Shown piece after piece: positions 24,801 through 37,354 of a stretch of 64,000 nt of DNA; within the stretch, counting starts at the first letter, position 1, and each line of letters starts with the position of its first letter. Origin of the DNA: Squalus acanthias (lineage: Eukaryota); assembly GCA_030390025.1 (NCBI GenBank), contig CM059432.1, forward strand, positions 43,030,001 through 43,094,000. The letters are read 5' to 3'. The position numbers were made by a program, and so were the translations under genes. The notes under the pieces were generated by a model. It was not told where the DNA came from and searched no databases. It saw nothing but the letters and a program-made list of their open reading frames with translations.

Positions 24801-25704
24801 CTCCTTCTACTTGACCTGCTGCTGCTGCTCAGCCAGCAGCACAGCCAGCAATGCTGAGAATGAGGTTCTGTAGCATCAATGAACCTCCCCTTTAAGAAGT
24901 GGGAAAAGCCTGTGGCAATGATGACTAGCGATTAGACTGCACCTGATATTGGTCCACCCTTTGAGTGTAACGCTAATGAGCTTGGGCTTTAAGGCTTGAA
25001 TTAGCGCTCCAATCATTCCTTTGAGCAGTGGGACTTAATTTTGTGTGCAGTCTAAAGCATTAACGCCTGGTGCTAATTCTCCAGCTTTTCTAATTTTAAC
25101 GCCCCTTCCTGGGCTATAATGAATTCCAAGCCCAGATTGTTTTCTTTGGAACAGAGAAAGCTGAGGGGAGACTTATTTGAGGTGTATAAAATTATGAGGG
25201 GTCTAGATAGAGTGGGTAAGAAGGACCTATTTCCCTTGGCCGAGAGGTCAATAACCATGGGGCAGAAATTTAAAGTAATTGGTAAAAGGATTAGTGGGGA
25301 ATTGAGGAGAACTTTTCTCATCCAGAGGGTGGTGGGGGTCTGGAACTCACTGCCTGAAGGGTGATAGAGGCAGAAACCCTCATAACATTTAAAAAGTATT
25401 TGGATATGCACTTGAAGTGCCGTAACCTACAGGGCTACGGACCAAGAGCTGAAAAGCTCTTTTTTGGCCGGCACAGACATGATGGGCTGAATGGGCTCCT
25501 TCTGTGCTGTAAATTTCTATGGTTCTATGATTCTATGATTCAATTGGTGAGAAGTGAAAGCACTTTGAGTGGAGTCCTCACTTCCATGTTCCCTTTCTCC
25601 AACATCCCTCTCATGGCCCAGCCGCATTTCACTGTTACCACTCTGCTGGAGAGCACTTTGGTGCAGATCAGTGTGGCGCTGTTAGGTCAAGGCTAAGGTA
25701 TCTG

Positions 25705-27125
25705 TCATCCTAGGTAAGGTGGCAGACATTTGTCATCCAGAGTCTGCACGGCCGTGGTCAAGGTGTGCATGAATTCATTTGATTGGAGCGTTTGATGTTC
25801 CACGGCACTGGCCAGTCTATCCATGGAAGAACACATCATCGCAATGGCCTGCGACATCAACCCACTCATGCTTGAGGCGGACTCCTCTATTCTATCTGCA
25901 ATCGTGGTCAGTGTGCTTGGAAGACCTGACAGGGCACTGCACTTTGTCTGCTGCTGCTCAATGATTCTCCTTTTCATCGACGGCCCCCAGGATACAGCAT
26001 CTGTGTCCTGCTGAGGAGAGCTTGGAGAGGGCTGTGCCCTCCGAAGCGAACTCTCCACTGCTGTCCCTGTCACCACCATCTGCTCTTACTCACTTGTGAA
26101 GTGTGAGTCACCAGGTGAAAATCAAACTATCTGTCCTCCTGGTCCCACCGAAGTGCGAGTATCTGAGCTGGAGCATGGCAAGCATGAGTCCTGTGATGGT
26201 CCACCCTTAGAAGGATTCATTTTCTCTGAGGAATTGTCACCCGTGACTTCTAGCAATTCCTGCTGCACGCGTGAAGACCCTGTCAGAGATAAAAGACGTG
26301 AATTACTCATTGCAAGTTAAGAATGTTGCAAGTTATCATTATGAAGATGATCATATTTCACTCGCTGTTGAAATCAAGTCAACATGCCTGAGTGCCATAT
26401 GACGTGGGTGGCTGATACTTAATTGTGTCACCAGGTAGCTGGGAGGTCCCCATCTCCCCATCTTCTACGGCCAGACACCCCGAAACTCCAGTGATCTCCA
26501 GCGCCTGCTCCTCTGCAGCTATTAGATTGCTGGAGATCCACCTCTGGTTCTCTTCCTCTCCCTGGTGTTCTGTGCTCTCTTCTTCCACAACGAGAGAAAG
26601 ACAGACCTATGAGTGATTGTAATGGCATGTGTTCACCTGATGGATGCAGTACATTTGGTGAAGGTGAGTGTCAGTTAAAGGCATGAAATTGCATAAAGAT
26701 GAGGGTGAGTGGGAATAGTGGATGGATAGATGGGGATGTGAGAAAGTGCATAGACAGAGAAGGATGGGTGCACCTGCAAGGTAAGTGGGTGTGAGGAGTG
26801 ATGTGATGGAATAGGCTTGAGAAGGCAAAGTGAGGGGTTGGGTTGATGTGCACAGCAGGATGTAGGTGAATGTACAACTGCACTCACCTTTCCTGACCTG
26901 GTTAGGTCATTAAACCGCTTCCTGCACTGAATCCAGGAGCGAGGAACTATGCTCCTGCTGCTCACCTCCTGGGCAATCTCCAACCACGCTTTCTTCGTTT
27001 CTGCCATACGTTTTCTCCACCCATTTCTGGGGAATAGTATATTCCTCCTGCTCCTCACAGCCCCCAGCAGCACATCAAGGGAGGCATCAGTGAATCGGGT
27101 GCAGCCTTTGAATGTCTCGAATCTA
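25705..27125 (-). pseudogene. Myb/SANT-like ORF2 pseudogene of a second Harbinger family
   Basis: RFTDASLDVLLGAV...AWLEIAQEV...QCRKRFNDLTRSGK then GTGAGT (exon ends at 26888); exon 2 ends at 26432 before GTGACA; exon 3 starts at 26279. Confidence 0.82.
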
Positions 27126-27524
27126 TTGTTGAAGTGGCTCCTTTCTTCTTCTCAACTCCAACTCCTTCAAATTGCATCTTTGGATTGGCCCTTTAAATAC
27201 TGGAGTCATGTGGGTCCCCATCATGCCTGCTGCCACGCATTGGATAGGAAACCTGGAAGTAAAATTATAATGAGGTGGCTGAGTTAAAAAAAACACTGAC
27301 AGATGCACTGAACATATTTCCGGGTTTCCCACGGGATATCAGACCCCCCGCTTCCAGCGCGTCTCCCAGTTAATATCAGGGCCTAAGGATCTGGTGCAAA
27401 TATGTCAACCCACAGCAGGAGAAGGAACCATTTTTCTGTTGAACTCCATAGGGAAATGAAATGGCTGTTTCCTGCAAGATTTAGGATCAGCTCAAACTAT
27501 ATGACCTTCAGATATGCTACCCTA

Positions 27525-28430
27525 CATAGAATTGCATAGAATGTACAGCACAGAAACAGGTCTTTTGGCCCAACTGGTCTCCTCCCACTATAATTACCTC
27601 TTGTCACCTTACCCCATATCTCTCTATTCCCTTCTCCCTTATGTATATATCAAGCTTCCCCTTAACTGGATCAGTGCGATCTGCTTCTCCACTCCACATG
27701 GGAGTGAGTTCCACATTCTCGCCGCTCTCTGTATAAAGAAATTCCTACTAAATTCTTTATTTGATCTGTTAGTAACTATTTTATATTTATACCCACAAAG
27801 GAAAACAGTTTCTCCTCATCTACCATATCAAACCCCTTTATAATCTTAAAAACCTCAGTTAGGTCTTGGTCTTCTTGCTCAGTCTTTCCTGATAATTGCA
27901 TCCTCTCAATTTTAACATACTTATAAATCTTTTCTGCATGTATATATATGGTGCTTTAATATCCTTTTTGTAGTACAGAGACTAGAAATACACACAGTAT
28001 TCCAAGTTCTTTTTTATTCGTTTATGGGATGTGGGTGTTGCTAGCAAGGCCAGCATTTATTGCCCATCCCTAATTGCCCTTGGGAAGGTGGTGGTGAGCT
28101 GCCTTCTTGAACCGCTGCACTCCGTGTGGTGAAGGTACTCCCACAGTGCTGTTAGGGAGGGAGTTCCAGGATTTTGACCCAGCGACGATGAAGGAACGGC
28201 GATATATTTCTAAGTCAGGAGGGTGTGTGACCCGGAGGGGAACTTGGAGGTGGTGGTGTTCCCAAGCATCTGCTGCCCTTGTCCTTCTAGGTGGAAGAGG
28301 TCGCAGCTTTGGGAGGTGCTGCTGAAGAAGCCTTGGCGAGTTGCTGCAGTGGATCTTGTAGATCTTGTCGATGAAGTATGGCCTAACCAAGCTTCTATAT
28401 AAATTTAACATTATTTCCCTGCTTTTGCAT
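27525..28430 (-). mobile_element. Old, degraded CR1 3' fragment interrupted by a LINE 3' end
   Basis: Reverse-complement similarity to the CR1 3' ends elsewhere in the window. Confidence 0.65.
28007..28370 (-). mobile_element. 3' end of the same Jockey/CR1-group LINE family as 34194-36467
   Basis: IYKIHCSNSPRLLQQHLP...HHHLPKGN*, AATAAA and A-rich tail; probable AAGT TSD. Confidence 0.9.
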
Positions 28431-28431
28431 G

Positions 28432-28772
28432 CTACAACAACAAAAACTTGCATTTATATAGCGCCTTAAATGTAATAAAATGTCCCACGGCACTTTACAG
28501 GAGTGTTATCAAACAAAATTTGACACTGAGCCACACAAGGAGATATTAGTACAGATGACTAAAAGTTTGGTCAAAGAAGTGGGTTTTAAGGAGCGTCTTA
28601 AAGGAGGAAAGAGAGGTAGAGACGCGGAGAGGTTTAGGGAGGAAATTCCAGAGCTTACAATAACTTGCATTTATATAGCGTCTTTAATGTAGTAAAGCAT
28701 CCCAAGGCACTTTACAGGAGCGCTATCAAACAAAATTTGGCACGGAGCCACATAAGGAGATATTAGGGCAGA
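28432..28772 (-). mobile_element. Two tandem L2-like LINE 3' fragments
   Basis: Each ends in (rc) G[G/A]CGCTATATAAATGCAAGT, the first with a (TTG)n tail; the ~110-bp terminus is repeated at 28447 and 28663. Confidence 0.65.
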
Positions 28773-28777
28773 CAAAG

Positions 28778-28843
28778 TGTATTTCCAGCATTTTCTGTTT
28801 TTATTTCAGATATCCAGCATCCACAGTATTTTGCTTTTGTATT
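28778..28843. mobile_element. Penelope-like terminal repeat fragment
   Basis: TATTTCCAGCATTTTCTGTTTTTATTTCAGATATCCAGCATC matches 29846-29890. Family name from recollection. Confidence 0.5.
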
Positions 28844-29499
28844 GATAAACTGTGGTCTGATATGCAAACTGGTATAGCAGACACTTAGCCATACATTGGT
28901 TTTAACTAGATAGATAGCAGCCTGCAACAGTGGTACAAAACTGTGTCAGCTGGAATGGTACAAATGAGAGTCTCAGTGGTCAGCCTGCTTAGGAATGATA
29001 TCTGTCAGTCCTCCCACGAAATGTCAGATGGCTGTGGCAAATGTTAGGGCAGGCTTAAATTCTAAATTGCTTATGAATCTGATACAGTTTCTTGTGTAGA
29101 ATCTTAGTTTGATCACTCCACCCACAACTCCCCATCAAGCAGCACAGAACTGTTTGCACTTCTCAATATAATAATCCGGGTTTCATCAATGCAATCAAAA
29201 TTATTCTCATTGTCAATAGATGCGCTCAAGTATTCGACAGTGGACTACGCTATCATTTCATCTGAAGGGACTGACATAGATATTTTGAAAAATTGAGGGT
29301 AAACTCTCTGTATATTTTCCCAAACCACACACAGACTGGCTGAGAGGACAGGCAGAGAGCTACAAAATGGTTACTAGGAAGTATGTTGGACTGTCCCACA
29401 AACTGTTATGATGAAAGAACAAGGAGCATACTGCTGTTCAAAATAGCTCCGATATAATGTGCTTCCCGTTTGTTACGCAATCTTCATTATCCATGTGCT

Positions 29500-31845
29500 C
29501 CTACCTCCCATGAAGTCTCATGGCTTCAGGTCAAACAAGGCCAAGGAAACTTTCTACTGATCATCACCTACTGCCTCCCCCTCCCTCCCCCACCCCAACT
29601 GATAATCAGTAATCCTCCATGTTGAACACCACTTGGCGGAAGCATTCAGGAAAGCATGGGTATAGAATATACTCTGGGTAAGGGACTTCTTGTGCATCAT
29701 CAACAATGGCTCAGTAGTACCATTACTGATCGAGCTGGCCAAGTCTTGAAGTAAGTATTACCCTATATCAGATAGTGAGGAAATCAACATAAGGAAGTGA
29801 GCTAAAAACTCAGCTCTCTCCACAGATGCTGCCTGCCCTGCTGAGTATTTCCAGCATTTTCTGTTTTTATTTCAGATTTCCAGCATCCGATGTATTTCGC
29901 TTTTGTAAGGAAGTGAGCTACTTGATGTCATCCTCACTAACATATCTGTCCATGATAGCATTGGTAGGAGTGACCACTGCACATTCTTGTCTTCAAAATG
30001 AGGACACCCTTTATTGTGTAATGCCACACTACCATATGACAAAGTGGGACAATCTAAGGACACACCTAGCAGCTCAAAACAAGGCATGCATGAATTGCAT
30101 ATAATTTCAATCTGCAACCTCATGGATCAGTTATATCCCTCATTCCTCCATCACCATCAAGCCAGGATACCAACCATGATTCAATGAGGTGTATCAAAGG
30201 ACATGGCAGGAGCAGGACCAGGAATACCTTAGAACGAGGCAACAATCTAGTGAAGCTACAGCTCAGGGCTATCTGCATGCTGAACATCAAAAGCACTAAT
30301 CTATAGACAGAGCTAAGTGGTCTCACAACCAATGGATCAAAGTGAAGCACTGTAGCCTTACTGTATTCAGTGGTGGTCAATCAGGGAACTAATGAGAGGA
30401 GGAGGCTTCATGATCATTCCCACCCTCAACCATGGCCAAACATGAGTGCAACAGACTACTCAACCACGTGAGTGCAAGAGACAAGGCTGAACTGTTTGAA
30501 AGCAGCCAACCAAAAGTGCCAAGTGGACCATTCCATTCGGCCTCCTCACAAGGTCCCCACTATTATCAGTGCTATTGCCCACCCAATTTGGTTCACTCCA
30601 TGTGACATTAAGAAGCAGCTGAGTGCATTGGACATAACAAAGGCTATGATCCCTGACAACATCCCACTTGTATAGCTGAGGACCCATGCGGCAGAAATAT
30701 TTCCCCACCCACCAACCCCCGCCCCCCCCCCTCCCCCCACCCCCCACAACCACTCGGCTTCATTCCTCATTGCTATCTGGGTCCAGACATGAATACAGCT
30801 GAATGCCAGAAGAGAGGTGAGAATAGCTGCCCTTGACATTGAGGTTGTAGATAAACAAACAAGGCACCAGGAAGTCAATGTGACCAAAGGGAAAACCCAC
30901 CAGTGTTTGGAGTTCTACCTGACATGAAGAAAGATGACTGTGGATGTTGGAGGTTAATCAAGACATTGCTGTAGCATTCTCAGACCAACCATCTTCAGCT
31001 ACTTCATCAATGACATTTCCTCCATCATGATTTCAGGAGTGGAGCTGTTCATTGATGATTCCACACTGTTCAGACCTAATCACAATCTCTCAAATAATGA
31101 AAAATCCCATGCCAGCCTCACAGAAGGAACTGGATAACATAGAGGCTTGGGCTTTCAAGTGGCAGGTAAGTTGCAAGTTGCACTGCATAAGTCCCTGGCA
31201 CTGACTATCTCCAACAAGAGAAAGCCCATCTATCTCCCATGACCTTCAGTGCCACCAATATTGCAGATTCCCCACCATCAACATCTTACCAGTCACTGTT
31301 GACCAGAAGCTGAACAGGACAGGTCATGTCAACACCGTGGCTACTAGAACAGAGCAGAGGTTGAGTACGTTGTGACAAGTGGCTCACCTCCTGACCCCTC
31401 AAAGCCTCTCCACCATCTAAAAGAATTAAGTCAGGAGTGTGAAAGAATACTCAGCACTCATCTGGAGAAAGCATTTTGCTTGATTGGTGCCCCATTACTG
31501 AACTAAACATCCACTCCCTCCACCACCAATGCGCTTTGGCTACAGTTTGCAGTATGTACAGGATGCACTACAGAAATTCACCAAACTTATTTGAACAACT
31601 ACCAGCCCTGTTATATCAACACTGAGAAGGACAACAGTAGCAATGTTGTAGGAACCCCACCTCCTCCAGATTCCCCTCCAAACCGCACATCATCCTGACT
31701 TGAACGTATATTACTGTTTCGTCGTTGTCTCTGGGTCAAAACCCTGGAAGTCCCTACCTAACACCACCATGGGAACACCATCGGCAGCAATTCAAGAACC
31801 ACCTTCTCAATAATAAATACGACCTCGCTAATGTCACCCATGATA
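29500..31845 (+). mobile_element. Old, highly degraded copy of the Jockey/CR1-group LINE (APE to 3' end)
   Basis: Colinear nucleotide similarity to the reverse complement of 20254-21300 and 34194-36467 (for example CATGAAGTCTCATGGCTTCAGGTCAA); no open frame. Confidence 0.8.
29805..29905. mobile_element. 101-bp Penelope-like fragment with a 15-bp TSD
   Basis: Flanked by TAAGGAAGTGAGCTA at 29790-29804 and 29906-29920. Confidence 0.65.
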
Positions 31846-32071
31846 TTTTAACTCATTTGTAGCTCCTGACTTCAGTTCTTTCATACACTTGTTTCACCTT
31901 AAAGTGCTTTTTGTATTTCCTATCCTTTAAAGTCGGTTTATGGAATGCTTAGAAGTTCCGTTTGCAATGTTTTACTTTTTCCTTGATTCATTATTTTGTT
32001 GTCAGTGTGCTGCTGTTGCAGGTACAATTTAGTGGAAATGTACTTCTTTAATCATTTTATTTTATAATAAA

Positions 32072-35000
32072 ATGGGGAGGGTTTAAACGAATTTGGCAGG
32101 GGGATGGGCACCAGGAAGTAGCATTAGAAAGGATAAACAAAGTGCACAAAGGATGGAAGGGACAGATAGCACTAGAGTAAGAAATAGTATGGTATTAGGT
32201 GGGGTCAGATTAAGAGAGAATACAAGAAGGTCTAAGACAGGTTTACAATGCATGTGTGTAAACGCACACAGCGTGGTAAATAAGGTTGGTAAGCTGCAGG
32301 TGCAAATAGCCACATGGGAATGTGGTGTCGTGGTGATAATGGAGACCTCGCTCAAAAAAGGGTAGGATTGGGTTTTAAATATTCCTGGATCTCAGATGTT
32401 CAGGAAAGATAGGGAAGGAAAGAAAGGAGGTGGGGTGGCAGTATTGGTTAAGGAGATGTTACAGTGCTGGAGAGAGAGGATGTCCTGGAGGAGTCAAGGA
32501 CAGAATCTATTTGGTTAAAGTTAAGAAATAATAGAGGTGCCATTACACTAATAGATGTATTCTATAGGCCACCAACTAGTGGTGAAAGATATAGAGGAGC
32601 AAATTTGTGGGGAAATTACAGAGGGGTGCAAGAACTATAGAGTAGTAATAATGATCCTAATATAGTCTGGGATAGTATTAGTGTAAAGGGCAGGGTGGGG
32701 GGAAGAATTTCTGATGTGTGTTCAGGAAAACTTTCTTGATCAGTACGTTTCCGGCCCAACGAGGAAGGAAGCATTGCTGGATCTGGTTCTGGGGAATGAG
32801 ATGGGTCAAGTGGAGCAAATGTCAGCAGGAGAACATTTAGGGAACAGTGATCATAGTATCATAAGGTTTAGATTAGCTATGGAAAAGGACAAGGAGCAAT
32901 CAAGAGTAAAAATACTTAATTGGAGGAAGGCAAATTTCAGTGGGTTGAGAACGGATCTGGCCCAGGTAAATTGGAATCAAAGATTGGCAGGCAAAACTGT
33001 AATCGAACAATGGGCTGCCTTTAAAGAGGAGATGGTTTGGGTACAGTCGAGTTACATTCCCATGAGGGGAAAGGTAGGGCAACCAAAGTCAGAGCTCCCT
33101 GGATGATGAAAGAGATAGAGAGTAAGATGAAGCAGAAAAAGATGATAGATGTCAGGTTGAGCATACAAGTGAGAATCAGGCTGAATATAGAGAGTTCAGA
33201 GGGGAAGGGAAAAAGAAAATAAGAGGGACAAAGAGAGAGTAGTAGAATAGATTGGCAGCTAATATAAAAGGGAATTCAAAAGTCTTCTATAAGCATATAA
33301 ATAATAAACGGGTAGTAAGAGGAGGGGTGGGGCCGATTAGGGACCAAAAAAGAAACCTACGCATGGAGGCAGAGGGCATGGCTGAGGTACTAGAGTACTT
33401 TGCATCTGTCTTCACCAAGGAAGAAGATGCTGCCAAAGTCATAGTGAAAGAGGAGGTAGTGGAGATACTGAATGAGATAAAAATTGATATAAAGGAGGTA
33501 CTAGCAAGGCTGTCTGTACTTAAAGTTGATAAGTCACCAGGACTGGATGGGATGCATCCTAGGATGCTGAAGGAGGTTAAGGAGGAAATCACGGAGGTAC
33601 TGACATAATCTTCCAATCCTCCTTAGCTACGGGGGTGGTGCCAGAGGACTGGAGAATTGCAAATGTTACACCCTTGTTCAAAAAAGGGTGCAAGGATAAA
33701 CCCAGCAACTACAGGCCAGTCAGTTTAACCTCGGTAGTGGGGAAGCTTTTAGAAATGATAATCAGGGACAAGTGTGGATAAATTAAGGATTTGTTAAAGG
33801 CAAATCGTGTTTAACTAACTTGATTGAGTTTTTTGATGAGGTAACAGAGAGAGTTGATGAGGGCAATGCGGTTGACATGGTGTACAGGGGTATATGGATT
33901 TTCAAAAAGGCATTTGATAAAGTTCCACATAATAGACTTGCCAGCAAAGTTGAAGCCCATGGAATAAAAGAGATAGTGGCAGCATGGATATGAAATTGGC
34001 TAAGTGACAGGAAACAGAGAGTAGTGGTGAACGGTTGTTTTTCGGACTGGAGGAAGATATACAGTGGTGTTCCTCAGGGGTCGGTACTAGGACCAATGCT
34101 TTTCTTGACATATATTAATGACTTGGACTTGAGAGTACAGGGCACAATTGCAAAATTTGCAGATGGCACAAAACTTGGAAGTAAAGTGAACAGTTTTTTT
34201 TAAATTTGTTTATGGGATCAGGGCGTCGCTGGCAATGCCAGCATTTATTGCCCATCCCTAGTTGCCCTTGAGAAGGTGGTGGCGAGCCGCCTTCTTGAAC
34301 CGCTGCAGTCCGTGTGGTGATGGTACTTCCACAGTCCTGTTAGGTAGGGAGTTCCAGGATTTTGACCTAGCGACGATGAAGGAACAGTGATATAGTTCCA
34401 AGTCAGGATGGTGTGTGACTTGGAGGGGAACTTGGAGGTGGTGGTGTTCCCATGTGTCTGCTGCCCTTGTCCTTCTGGGTGGAAGAGGTTGCGGGTTTGG
34501 GAGGTGCTGCCAAAGAAGCTTTGGCGAGTTGCTGCAGTGCATCTTGTAGATGGTACACACTACAGCCACGGTACGCCGGTGGTGGAGGGAGTGAATGTTT
34601 AAGGTGGTGGATGGGATGCCAATCAAGCGGGCTGCTTTGTCCTGGATGGTGTTGAGCTTCTTGAGTGTTGTTGGAGCTGCACTCATCCAGGCAAGTGGAG
34701 AGTATTCCATCACACTCCTTACTTGTGCCTTGTAGATGGCGGAAAGGCTTTGGGGAGTCAGGAGGTGAGACACTCGCCGCAGAATACCTAACCTCTGACC
34801 TGCTCTTGTTGTCACAGTATTTATGTGGCTGGTCCAGTTAAGTTTCTGGTTAATGGTGACCCCCAGGATGTTGATAGTGGGGGATTCGGTGATGGTAATG
34901 CCATTGAATGTCAAGGGGAGGTGGTTAGACTCTTGCTTATTGGAGATAGTCATTGCCTGGCACTTCTGTGGCGCGAATGTTACCTGCCACTTAACAGCCC

Positions 35001-37354
35001 AAGCCTGAACGTCGTCCAGGTCTTGTTGCATGCGGGCATTATCTGAGGAGTTGTGAATGGCGCTGAACACTGTGCAGTCATCAGCGAACAACCTCATTTC
35101 TGACCTTATGTTGGAGGGAAGGTCGCTTATGAAGCAGCTGAAGATGGTTGGACCTTGGACACTGCCCTGAGGAACTCCTGCAGCGATGTCCTGGGGCTGT
35201 AATGATTCACCTTCAACCACCACAACCATCTTCCTTTGTGCTAGGTATGACTCCAGCCAGTGGAGTGTTTTCCCCCTGATTCCCATTGACTTCAGTTTTA
35301 CTAGGGCTCCTTGATGCCAGACTCGGTCAAATGCTGCCTTGATGTCAAGGGCAGTCACTCTCACCTCACCTCTGGAATTCAGCTCCTTTGTCCATGTTCG
35401 GACCAAGGCTGTAATGAGGTCGGGAGCAGAGTAGTCTTGGCGGAACCTAAACTGGGCATCAGCGAGCAGGTTATTGGTGAGTAAGTGCCGCTTGATAGCA
35501 CTGTCGATGACACCTTCCATCACTTTGCTGATGATTGAGAGTAGACTGATGGGGCGGTAATTGGCCGGGTTGGATTTGTCCTACTTTTTGTGAACAGGAC
35601 ATACCTGGGCAGTTTTCCACATTGTCGGATAGATGCCAGTGTTGTAGCTGTACTGGAACAGCTTGGCTAGAGGCGCGGCTAGTTCTGCAGCACAAGTCTT
35701 CAGCTCGATAGCCAGGATGTTGTCGGGGCCCATAGCCTTTGCTGTATCCAGTGCGCTCAGCCATTTCTTGATATCATGTGGAGTGAATCGAATTGGCTGA
35801 AGACTGGCTTCTGTGATGGTGGGGACCTCGGGAGTAGGCCGATATGGATCATCCACTCGGCACTTCTGGCTGAAGTTGGTTGCAAATTCTTCAGCCTTGT
35901 CTTTTGCACTCACGTGCTGGGCTGCACCATCATTGAGGATGGGGATATTCTTGGAGCCTCCTCCTCCCGTTAGTTGTTTAATGGTCCACCAACATTCACG
36001 ACTGGATATGGCAGGACTGCAAAGCTTTGATCTGATCCGTTGATTGTGGGATCGCTTAGCCCTGTCTATAGCATGCTGCTTCCACTTTTTAGCATGCATG
36101 TAGTCCTGTGTTGCAGCTTCCCCAGGTTGGCACCTAATTTTTATGTACGCCTGGTGCTGCTCCTGGCATGCTCTTCTACACTCGTTGTTGAACCAGGGTT
36201 GGTCCCCTGGCTTGGTGGTAATTGTAGAGTGAGGGATATGCCGGGCCATGAGGTTACAGATTGTTGTGGAATACAATTCTGCTGCTGCTGATGGCCCACA
36301 ACACCTCATGGATGCCCAGTTTTGAGCTGCTAGATCTGTTCTGAATCTATCCCATTTAGCACGGTGGTAGTGTCACACAACACGATTGATGGTGTTCTCA
36401 GTGTGAAGACGGGACTTCGTCTCCACAATGACTGTGCGATGGTCACTGCTGCCAATGCTGTCATGGAGGAGGATAGTGCTAGAATTCAAGAAGATAGAGA
36501 CAGGCTGGTGAAATGGGTGGACACGTGGCAGATGAAATTTAACGCACAAAAGTGCAAAGTGATACATTTTGGCAGGAAGAACGAGGAGAGGCAATATTAA
36601 CTAAAGTGTACAATCCTAAAGGGGGTGCATGAACAGAGAGACCTGGGGGTATATGTGCACAAGTCGTTGAAGGTGGCAGGACAGGTTGAGAAAGCGGTTA
36701 AAAAAGCATACGGGATCCTGGGCTTCATAAATAGAGGCATAGAGTACAACAGCAAGGAAACTATGATGAACCTTTATTAAACACTGGTTCGGCCTCAACT
36801 GGAGTATTGTGTCCAATTCTGGGCACCGCACTTTAGGAAGGATGTGAAGGCCTTGGAGAGGGTGCAGAAAAGATTTACGAGAATGATTCCAGTGATGAGG
36901 GACTTCAGTTATGTGGATAGACTGGAGAAGCTGTGGTTGTTATCCTTAGAGCAGAGAAGGTTGAGGAGACTTGATAGAGGTGTTCAAAATCATGAGGGGT
37001 CTAGACAGAGTAGATAGAGAGAAACTGTTCCCGTTGGTGGAAGGGTAAAGAACCAGAGGACACAGATTTAAGGTGATTGACAGAAGAACCAAAGGCGACA
37101 TGAGGAAAAACTTTTTTACGCAGTGAGTGGTTAGGATCTGTAATGCACTGCCTGAAGGGGTGGTGGAGGCAGACTCAATCGTGGTGTTCAAAAGGGAATT
37201 GGATAAGTACATGAAGGAAAAAAAATTGCAGGGCTATGGGGAAAGGGCAGGGGAGTGGGACTAGCAGAAGTGTTCTTGCAGAGAGCCGGCACGGGCTCGA
37301 CGGGCCAACTGGCCTCCTTCTGTGCTGTAACCATTCTATGATTCTATGATTCTA
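32072..37354 (+). mobile_element. Degenerate CR1 LINE covering nearly all of ORF2, interrupted at 34194-36467
   Basis: APE CVNAHSVVNK, LDLVLGN, SDH; RT KSPGLDGMHP and QGSV; TATGATTC tail. Confidence 0.93.
34194..36467 (-). mobile_element. Young 5'-truncated Jockey/CR1-group LINE (clade unresolved, not CR1 proper)
   Basis: One reading frame 36467-34258 broken only by two stops (36375-36373, 35583-35581); ALDIKAAFDRVWH, GVPQGSV, LFADD; polyA tail. Confidence 0.92.

Larger units (their letters stand above)
19838..25133 (+). mobile_element. Decayed Harbinger containing two retroelement insertions
   Basis: Ends GGGGGAAAAATTC and (rc) GGGCTTGGAATTC; TSD AGA at 19835-19837 and 25134-25136; transposase and Myb remnants. 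Confidence 0.88.
18921..25541 (+). mobile_element. 5'-truncated CR1 LINE split by the Harbinger at 19838-25133
   Basis: RT ORF 19003..19815 (DFSKAFD, GVPQGSVLGP, FADD); resumes at 25134 with LFSLEQRKLRGD; TATGATTC tail. Confidence 0.93.
13374..27383 (+). mobile_element. Outer deleted Harbinger (pieces at about 13374-13707, 18801-18920 and 25542-27383) hosting a 14-kb nest
   Basis: TAA flanks at 13371-13373 and 27384-27386. Degenerate TIRs TGGGGGAAGTTTAAC and (rc) GGCCCTGATATTAAC. Myb-like gene at the right side. Pairing of the two ends is inferred. Confidence 0.55.
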
